Shown here: positions 58,077 through 64,000 of the stretch, piece by piece
Position numbering within the stretch: position 1 is the stretch's first letter
Layout: each line of letters starts with the position of its first letter
Assembly (NCBI GenBank): GCA_047611725.1
Contig: JBLFWR010000004.1
Coordinates: forward strand, 10,496-74,495
Reading direction: 5' to 3'
Length of the DNA stretch: 64,000 nt
Source: Candidatus Binatia bacterium
Lineage (GTDB): Bacteria > Desulfobacterota > Binatia > UBA1149 > CAITLU01
The notes under the pieces: model-generated
The model's database searches: none
What the model was told of the DNA's origin: nothing
What the model saw: the letters and a program-made list of their open reading frames with translations, nothing else
Translations under genes and position numbers: made by a program

Positions 58077-58561
58077 TGGCCGATGCCCGAATACAATCGT
58101 CGGCCGTTGATCTCGACCAAAACCACCTGGGCATCTGATAGCAGCAAAGTCGGATTCCCATCGGCATCCAGGGCGGCCAGTTCAGTGGAGGCAGGCAGAT
58201 TGTCAGCCACCGTCATCGATTGACGGCCAAGGCTATGAAGCAGGCGCACAGGTTGGGAGCCGTTGCGTCGCAGACGAAAGCCGATTCGTTCACTACCCGA
58301 CGTATTGATCACCCCGTCGCCGTTGAGGTCTGCACCCAGGGCTAGCTCGTCTGTCGCGATGCGAACCATGTCGACCCGAGGTTGGCGTACTGTCGCAAAA
58401 TCGAGCATCTGCTCGATGTGGGTTACGGTGGCCAATCGATCGCCAGCGCGCTGGACGGCAGCGCCTAGCGAAACGGCCGACGCGAGCGATCCCACGAGAA
58501 ACGCGAGCACCGCAGCTTCGGCGACCAAGGTCGCAGCGACCTCCAACAGTGAGAGGTTCAT
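58073..58561 (-). CDS. Pseudopilin-like protein (GspJ-like position)
   Basis: ORF 58073..58759. I chose the ATG at 58561 (MNLSLLEVAATLVAEAAVLAFLV), 16 nt after the upstream stop. Degenerate prepilin-type N-terminal segment with Glu. Confidence 0.45.
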   Translation of the reverse strand: MNLSLLEVAATLVAEAAVLAFLVGSLASAVSLGAAVQRAGDRLATVTHIEQMLDFATVRQPRVDMVRIATDELALGADLNGDGVINTSGSERIGFRLRRNGSQPVRLLHSLGRQSMTVADNLPASTELAALDADGNPTLLLSDAQVVLVEINGRRLYSGIGQ

Positions 58562-58577
58562 CGAGCCCCGTTCGCTG

Positions 58578-58937
58578 TCATGTGCACTCGGGTATGCGTC
58601 GTAGAAGCCCGAGCTCCAACTGCGACGCGCCGTGTTCATCGGACTCGATCGTGACTCGTACTGATTCGATATTGGCGTGTGGCCCAGCCTGGATACGGGT
58701 TGCACAGCGCAGGCCTGCGGGACACGCAGGGGCTGCGGCGCAGGGCAACCGACGCGCATAAATCAAGTGAGCGCGGCCAGTATCGAGCATGGACTCAGCC
58801 CTGACGATTCGCGCAACCGCGGTTGCGCCGAACGACAAAGCGTTTGCCGAAGTTGCCCCGGCGGAGGCAGCCATGGCCAAGGCGATCATTGCTTCAAGCA
58901 GCGAGCCGCCACGTAGGGCGATTCGAGATACCGTCAC
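58578..58937 (-). CDS. Pseudopilin-like protein (GspI-like position)
   Basis: 119 aa with a GTG start. The N-terminal RGGSLLEAMIALAMAASA fits the G|xxxxE prepilin cleavage/methylation pattern. Confidence 0.5.
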   Translation of the reverse strand: MTVSRIALRGGSLLEAMIALAMAASAGATSANALSFGATAVARIVRAESMLDTGRAHLIYARRLPCAAAPACPAGLRCATRIQAGPHANIESVRVTIESDEHGASQLELGLLRRIPECT

Positions 58938-58969
58938 CCGTGACTGCCCCGTGACTGCCCCGTGACTGA
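58937..58969. repeat. Tandem 11-mer (cccgtgactgc) x3
   Basis: It fills most of the 40-nt gap between two pseudopilin-like genes and abuts the GTG start at 58937. Confidence 0.9.
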
Positions 58970-58977
58970 CGACGTAG

Positions 58978-59451
58978 TCATCGGATGCGACCTCGTTGGT
59001 TGACCACGATTCTGCGCTGCGGACCGGCGGTCGCTCGTCCTAGGACGATGGTCGCGTTCTCGGCCCGAGCGCCAGCAAAGAAGGCAACGTCGCCATCGGC
59101 CGGGGCGGCCTGGATAAGAATTCCACGCGGCAGCGCTAGACGCAGCCGAACACTGTCGTCATCGCTCAACACAATCGTGCTAGCCAAGATATCGACACGG
59201 GCTCGCACCGTTCGATTTTCGAGAAACGCCAATCTGCGAGCCGTAGAAAACGCCGCCACCGTGCTGCGTCGTCCTTCTTCCAAGGCGATCGCATCGAAGG
59301 TTGCGGCCGCTGCGCGAACGCCCGCCGTGGCAGTCAACGCCGATAGCGACAGCGCCACCGCGGCTTCGGGAAGACTAAATCCGCAATTCGAGTCGTGGAC
59401 TCCTTTCTGTGTGGATCTACGTCTCACGGGTTGTGGTTTCGCACGGATCAA
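58978..59451 (-). CDS. GspH/FimT-like minor pseudopilin
   Basis: 157 aa. NCGFSLPEAAVALSLSALTA matches the prepilin-peptidase motif G|F-S-L-P-E followed by a hydrophobic helix. Size and C-terminal beta character fit GspH/FimT. Confidence 0.6.
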   Translation of the reverse strand: MIRAKPQPVRRRSTQKGVHDSNCGFSLPEAAVALSLSALTATAGVRAAAATFDAIALEEGRRSTVAAFSTARRLAFLENRTVRARVDILASTIVLSDDDSVRLRLALPRGILIQAAPADGDVAFFAGARAENATIVLGRATAGPQRRIVVNQRGRIR

Positions 59452-59526
59452 AGAGGTCGGGCAACGACCATAATGTTATGAGATGCTGTTATGAGATCGC
59501 CACGAGCGACGTGCTATGGTCGCAGC

Positions 59527-60390
59527 ATGCGCGACCGTATTCAGTCCTTACTCTCGCCGAGCTCGATCTCCCTGACGACCGGTGTTTTCGACCCTCTCAG
59601 TGCCATGATCGCCGAACGTGCCGGTTTCGAAGCCGTCATGCTCAGCGGCTACTCGGTGGCCGGTAGCTATCTTGGAAAACCTGATTTTGGACTTCTCACG
59701 CAAAGCGAAATGATCGACGTGGCGCGTCGCACGGTCGCTGCCACGAAGATGGCGGTCTTGGTTGACGGGGATACCGGCGGGGGTGGCGCTTTGAACGTCA
59801 TGCGTCTGGTCGAAGAGCTGGCGTCAATGGGCGCGGCTGGCGTGTTCCTCGAAGATCAGAAGTGGCCGAAGCGCTGCGGTCATATGCGCGACAAGGTCGT
59901 GGTGTCGGCCGAGGAGCATGCGGAGAAAATCAGCGCAGCGAAGCAGGCGCGGTCTGACCGGCCCTTTGTAATCGTGGGGCGTACCGATGCGCGGGCGCCG
60001 TTGGGTTTAGAGGAGGCGATTCGTCGCGGTAACGCCTACCGCGAAGCCGGTGCGGACATCGTGTTCATCGAGGCGCCGCAAAGTATTGACGAACTTCGCA
60101 CGATTCGCTCCGAGATCTCCGGACCATTGCTTGCCAACATGGTTGAAGGGGGCAAGACCCCACTACTATCGGCATCCGAGCTTGCCGAGTTAGGATTCGA
60201 AATCGTCGTGTTCCCCGTAACCGGGATCCTGGCCGTCGCCCGCGCTCTTGAAACAGCCTTTACGCGGCTTCGCTCCGACGGCACGAGTGCCGCGGTGAGC
60301 GACGCGTTGATGGGTTTCGACGAGTTCGGAACCCTGGTCGGACTCAACGAAGCGTACACTGTTGATGAGCGCTTTGGTCGCACGCGCTAG
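59527..60390 (+). CDS. Isocitrate lyase / PEP mutase superfamily enzyme (2-methylisocitrate lyase or carboxyvinyl-carboxyphosphonate phosphorylmutase-like)
   Basis: ORF 59491..60390; ATG at 59527. GVFDPLSAMIAERAGFEAVMLSGYSVA, DGDTGGG, EDQKWPKRCGHM and RTDA are the family signatures. Confidence 0.8.
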   Translation: MRDRIQSLLSPSSISLTTGVFDPLSAMIAERAGFEAVMLSGYSVAGSYLGKPDFGLLTQSEMIDVARRTVAATKMAVLVDGDTGGGGALNVMRLVEELASMGAAGVFLEDQKWPKRCGHMRDKVVVSAEEHAEKISAAKQARSDRPFVIVGRTDARAPLGLEEAIRRGNAYREAGADIVFIEAPQSIDELRTIRSEISGPLLANMVEGGKTPLLSASELAELGFEIVVFPVTGILAVARALETAFTRLRSDGTSAAVSDALMGFDEFGTLVGLNEAYTVDERFGRTR

Positions 60391-60452
60391 CGGCAGTCAT
60401 CGACCAGGCCATCGTCGCGGGCGCGCATTGAGGAAGTAGAGAGGGACTAGAG

Positions 60453-62783
60453 ATGGACATCGTTGGCGACCACGAAGCGGCGCAAGCCACCAGCACTGAT
60501 CCTGTTTGCGGGATGAGTGTTGCGATCGAAAGTACACGTACTTTTGAACACGAAGGCACGGTTTATCGGTTCTGTGGTGACCGCTGCAAGCAGCGTTTCA
60601 GCGAAGCCCCTGAAAGCTTTCTTGCCGGGACTCAGGAAGTCCCCGTAGCCGTACCCGTAAGCGTTGCGGGTGCTCAGTGGACCTGCCCGATGGACCCGGA
60701 AATCGTCCGCGAAGAGCCCGGTCCTTGCCCGATCTGCGGAATGGCATTGGAGCCTATGATGCCGTCGTTGGACGACGATGATGACGGCGAACTCGCAGCA
60801 ATGACCCGCCGCTTAATCGTTGCCGTGGGTCTGTCCGTTCCGCTTATGGTTGTTGCCATGGGCGAGATGGTCGGGCTTCCAATTGGCAACTGGCTGTCGT
60901 CGCAATCATCGGGGTTGCTACAGCTGGCACTGGCGACACCAGTGGTTGCTTGGTGTGGATGGCCTTTTTTTACACGTGCGTGGATGTCGCTTGTTACCCG
61001 GCGTCCCAACATGTTCACGCTAATCGCGCTCGGCACGGGTGTGGCGTGGACCTACAGCCTCGTCGCTTTACTGGCGCCAGGCTTGTTCCCGCCGTCGCTG
61101 CGCGGACACCACGGCTCCATCGACCTCTATTTTGAATCCGCAGCCGTGATCATCGCGCTTGTTTTGCTGGGCCAGGTTCTGGAACTGCGGGCTCGCAAGC
61201 GAACCGGTGCGGCCGTGCGTGCGCTGCTCGGGCTAACCCCGCCGAATGCACGGCGCATCGATAGTGACGGTGAGGAGCGCGACGTCCCGATTGCTGAAAT
61301 CAAAGTGGGCGATCGTCTTCGCGTTCGTCCCGGTGAAACCATGCCGATCGACGGGGTGATCGAAGAAGGCGCGGGCTCGATTGACGAGGCGATGGTAACC
61401 GGGGAACCGGCGCCGGTCACCAAGCGTCGTGGTGATCCAGTGACCGCCGGTACTCTTACCGGCAACACCTCGTTCATCGTTCGCGCCGAGGCCATAGGTG
61501 ACGACACGTTGCTGGCGAAAATCGTTCGCATGGTTGTCGAGGCGCAGCGAACTCGTGCGCCCGTTGAGCGAGTCGTCGATGTTGTGGCCGCCTGGTTTGT
61601 CCCTGTCGTTGTCGCGAGTGCAGTTCTGGCGTTTGGCGTCTGGTTGACGGTTGGCCCCGAGCCACGTTTGGCTCACGCCATCGTCGCCGCGGTCGGGGTT
61701 CTGATCATCGCGTGTCCTTGCGCTCTGGGGTTGGCCACACCGATGTCAATCATGGTCGCGACGGGCCGTGGTGCTGGCGTGGGTGTTCTGTTTCGCAACG
61801 CCCAAGCCATCCAACGCCTTCGCGACATCGATACTCTGGTCTTCGACAAGACCGGCACGCTGACCGAGGGGAAGCCGCGCTTAGTAGCGATTCATAGCTG
61901 CCAAGGTTTCGAAGACGACGAGGTCCTACAAATTGCGGCCAGCTTGGAGGCCGGTAGTGAGCATCCGTTGGCTGCGGCAATTATCGCAGGTTCATCTCTG
62001 CGCTCTTTTTCTCTGGTCGAGGCGGAACAGTTCGATGTCCACCCTGGGCTTGGTGTCAGCGGCGTCATCGAAGGGCGCCGAGTATTGCTCGGCAATGCGG
62101 CACTCCTGGCGGGCGAAGGCGTTGTACTGGGCGCGCTTGAGGTCGATGCAGAAACCCAGCGCAAGGGCGGGCGAACGGTCGTATTTCTGGCCGTTGAAGG
62201 GGTTGCTGCGGGGTCGCTGGTTGTCGCGGACCCGATCAAATCTTCGACCCGTGAAGCCATTGCGTCGCTTCGAGCCGACGGCCTACGGCTGGTGATGCTA
62301 ACCGGCGACGCGCAGGGAACAGCGCAAGCGGTCGCGACTGAACTGGGCCTGGACGAGGTCGTGGCCGGTGTCTTGCCCGAGGGCAAGGCCGAGCTCATCA
62401 AACGACTGCAGGGCGAAGGATCTGTTGTGGCCATGGCCGGCGATGGCATTAACGACGCCCCCGCCTTGGCACTTGCCGATGTCGGAATAGCAATGGGCAC
62501 CGGCACCGATGTTGCAATGGAAAGCGCCGACATCACTTTGGTAAAAGGTGACTTGCGGGGCATTGCTCGCGCGCGTCAGTTGAGTCGCGCAACCATGCGA
62601 AACATTCGCCAGAATCTTTTCTTCGCGTTCTTCTACAACGCGGCGGGAATCCCGATTGCAGCCGGCATTTTGTACCCCGTGTTCGGCGTATTGCTCAGCC
62701 CGATGATCGCGGCAGCCGCGATGAGCCTTAGTTCGGTATCGGTGATCGCGAACGCCTTGCGACTGCGGCGAGCGGTGGTGTGA
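60453..62783 (+). CDS. copA: Copper(I)/silver-type P1B ATPase with N-terminal YHS/TRASH and CPxC...CPxCGM metal-binding modules
   Basis: 776 aa: DPVCGMSV...YRFCGDRCKQRF (YHS/TRASH-like), WTCPMDPEIVREEPGPCPICGMALEP, TGEP, the membrane CPC (IIACPCALGLATP), DKTGTLT and GDGINDAPAL. Confidence 0.9.
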   Translation: MDIVGDHEAAQATSTDPVCGMSVAIESTRTFEHEGTVYRFCGDRCKQRFSEAPESFLAGTQEVPVAVPVSVAGAQWTCPMDPEIVREEPGPCPICGMALEPMMPSLDDDDDGELAAMTRRLIVAVGLSVPLMVVAMGEMVGLPIGNWLSSQSSGLLQLALATPVVAWCGWPFFTRAWMSLVTRRPNMFTLIALGTGVAWTYSLVALLAPGLFPPSLRGHHGSIDLYFESAAVIIALVLLGQVLELRARKRTGAAVRALLGLTPPNARRIDSDGEERDVPIAEIKVGDRLRVRPGETMPIDGVIEEGAGSIDEAMVTGEPAPVTKRRGDPVTAGTLTGNTSFIVRAEAIGDDTLLAKIVRMVVEAQRTRAPVERVVDVVAAWFVPVVVASAVLAFGVWLTVGPEPRLAHAIVAAVGVLIIACPCALGLATPMSIMVATGRGAGVGVLFRNAQAIQRLRDIDTLVFDKTGTLTEGKPRLVAIHSCQGFEDDEVLQIAASLEAGSEHPLAAAIIAGSSLRSFSLVEAEQFDVHPGLGVSGVIEGRRVLLGNAALLAGEGVVLGALEVDAETQRKGGRTVVFLAVEGVAAGSLVVADPIKSSTREAIASLRADGLRLVMLTGDAQGTAQAVATELGLDEVVAGVLPEGKAELIKRLQGEGSVVAMAGDGINDAPALALADVGIAMGTGTDVAMESADITLVKGDLRGIARARQLSRATMRNIRQNLFFAFFYNAAGIPIAAGILYPVFGVLLSPMIAAAAMSLSSVSVIANALRLRRAVV

Positions 62784-62923
62784 GAGATCGAACGACCCCT
62801 GGCGCGAGAGCCACAGACAGTAGGAAGACAATGAGCGCGCAGTCTCAGAAACTGAATTCATCCACGGCGCTCTGGCGGCTTTCCCTACGCAGCCCGCTCG
62901 GCTGGAGCGATGCGGGGTTGCCG

Positions 62924-63095
62924 CTTCTTGCCTGCCTGCCTTCCATAAATAGTAGGTTACCTGCATCCGGAGCCATACTTCGGCGCTGTTATCGAGCCAC
63001 TTCGCGAGCCTAATGGCCATATCGGGACTGATGGCCGCCTTGCCGTTCACGACACGCGACAGCGCAACGCGCGTGACGCGAAGCTGCCGCGCAGT
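62924..63095 (-). pseudogene. HigA/VapI-type antitoxin (XRE HTH) fragment lacking its N-terminus and native stop
   Basis: The translation TARQLRVTRVALSRVVNGKAAISPDMAIRLAKWLDNSAEVWLRMQVTYYLW closely resembles HigA/VapI antitoxins. The usual N-terminal HPGEIL segment is missing. The frame runs on without a stop, antisense into copA. Confidence 0.45.
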
Positions 63096-63357
63096 TTGGC
63101 TGCGCGATATCGGGTGTTGCAGATTCGAAGACGACAACGGGCATCGGTGTCGCGCGACACGCAACCTCGAGTACCATCACAAAGTCCCGTTCGCCCAAGG
63201 CGGGCAGCACGAAATCGAAAACATAGAACTGCGCTGTCATGGCCACAACCAGTATCAAGCGGATCTCGATTTCGGTCGAAGCTTTATGCGAGCCAAACGC
63301 AGGCATGGCCACAGTTGCCAACAGTTGCCAACAGTCGGCGCAGACTGTTGGCGGTAG
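63091..63357 (+). pseudogene. HNH endonuclease C-terminal fragment
   Basis: VWLRDIGCCRFEDDNGHRCRATRNLEYHHKVPFAQGGQHEIENIELRCHGHNQYQADLDFG carries the Cys...Cys, LE-HH, N and HN signature of HNH nucleases. The ORF sequence upstream of it is simply the antisense of the HigA-like fragment. Confidence 0.5.
63311..63351. repeat. Tandem 10-mer (acagttgcca x2.5) merging into a 9-bp-stem hairpin
   Basis: acagttgcca acagttgcca acagt, then ccaacagtc-ggcgca-gactgttgg (63328-63351). Confidence 0.85.
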
Positions 63358-63624
63358 TTAACCCAAGCACCCCATCAACAGTCAGCGCCGAGTGTTGAAA
63401 ACTTCTACTCCCCAAGTGTCCGGTCACCCGCTCCGCACCTTTCGCATCTTCAAAGACCGCGCGAAGGTGTCGGGGGCGAGGCAGTGCTCGGAGAACGATT
63501 CCGCAGCGCAAAGCGCGAGGACCAAGTGAAACGAGCATTGCCTCGCCCCCGGCGCCCTAGCAGAAGCCGTGGCTGAACGTTCCTTCTTAGAAACCCTCAG
63601 CCACGATTCAAGCTACTTGCCTAC

Positions 63625-64000
63625 TTACTTGCCCTGCCAGTTAGGCTTGCGCTTCTCAGCGAAAGCGCGTGGCCCTTCGACGAAATCTTCTGAGTGAAAT
63701 AGATCGTGAAGCGCCGGGTACTTCACACTCATTGATTCTTCGAGGCCGTAGTCGAGACTTTGCATTGCCACCTGCTTGGTTGCGCGTACCGAAAGCGGAG
63801 CGCATTCCAGGATCTCGTCGGCCAGTGCGTTGGCGCGCGCCATGAGCTGGTCAGCCGGAACGACTTCCTGAGCGATGCCGAGTTGCTTGGCTTCCGCTGC
63901 GCCGACCATACGACCGGTTAGCATCATGTGCATGGCGTTCTTGAGACCAATTTGGCGGGGCAAACGTTGCATGCCGCCGGCCAAGGCCGCCAGTCCAACC
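63625..64000 (-). CDS. Enoyl-CoA hydratase/isomerase (crotonase) family protein, 5-prime part beyond the window
   Basis: GGMQRLPRQIGLKNAMHMMLTGRMVGAAEAKQLGIAQEVVP and C-terminal DFVEGPRAFAEKRKPNWQGK are typical of crotonases. The reading frame stays open to the window edge. Confidence 0.85.
   Translation of the reverse strand, partial: VGLAALAGGMQRLPRQIGLKNAMHMMLTGRMVGAAEAKQLGIAQEVVPADQLMARANALADEILECAPLSVRATKQVAMQSLDYGLEESMSVKYPALHDLFHSEDFVEGPRAFAEKRKPNWQGK

Noticed and set aside
62298-63164. 288-aa minus-strand ORF spanning the copA 3-prime end.
   Set aside because: Only residues ~24-80 look like a real protein (the HigA-like HTH). The remaining ~200 aa are antisense to copA and have no features. 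I treated it as a read-through of a decayed antitoxin fragment, not an intact gene.
1-64000. Transposases, IS elements, prophage, rRNA or additional tRNA genes.
   Set aside because: No translation shows DDE, integrase, recombinase or phage structural motifs, and I saw no long terminal inverted repeats. Apart from tRNA-Sec, I recognised no cloverleaf-like T-arm (GGTTCGA-type) with an acceptor/CCA context in the intergenic gaps I inspected.

Overview
GC-rich, gene-dense bacterial chromosomal segment. Gram-negative hallmarks are present: a TonB-dependent receptor, a beta-barrel protein ending in Phe, lipoboxes and prepilin-type pseudopilins. Myxococcus-type cysteine-rich repeats suggest a deltaproteobacterial/Myxococcota-like or related uncultured lineage, but taxonomy cannot be fixed from this window. 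From about 22.4 kb onward the content is mostly core functions: dxr, pabB-pabC, rpoD, proS, pyrF, two moeA paralogues, phaR, fur, tatD-metG-holB-tmk, a CopA-type P1B ATPase, an MFS transporter, a ROK kinase and a crotonase. Envelope genes are interspersed: GT-C-like membrane proteins, an ExeA/GspB-like pair and four pseudopilin-like genes. The first ~22 kb is the unusual part. It encodes seven secreted or lipid-anchored proteins of no family I recognise. Three are very large, extremely Cys-rich paralogues. Three are lipoproteins built from a recurring ~110-aa two-cysteine module joined by Thr/Ser/Pro-rich linkers. They sit next to a VKOR-DsbA disulfide-forming fusion, a TMTC/PMT-like glycosyltransferase, a DUF1302-like outer-membrane protein and a TonB-dependent receptor paired with a beta-propeller. 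The same two-Cys module recurs at two distant loci (42.7 kb and 51.8-53.5 kb). Three proteins carry dockerin-like EF-hand repeat pairs. Together this suggests a cohesin/dockerin-style surface assembly system; that is a hypothesis, not a demonstrated fact. A tRNA-Sec (anticodon UCA, 8/5 acceptor/T-stem geometry) lies at 18711-18806. No rRNA, CRISPR array, transposase, integrase or phage gene was recognised. All family assignments come from motif recognition by eye; no database search or HMM was run.
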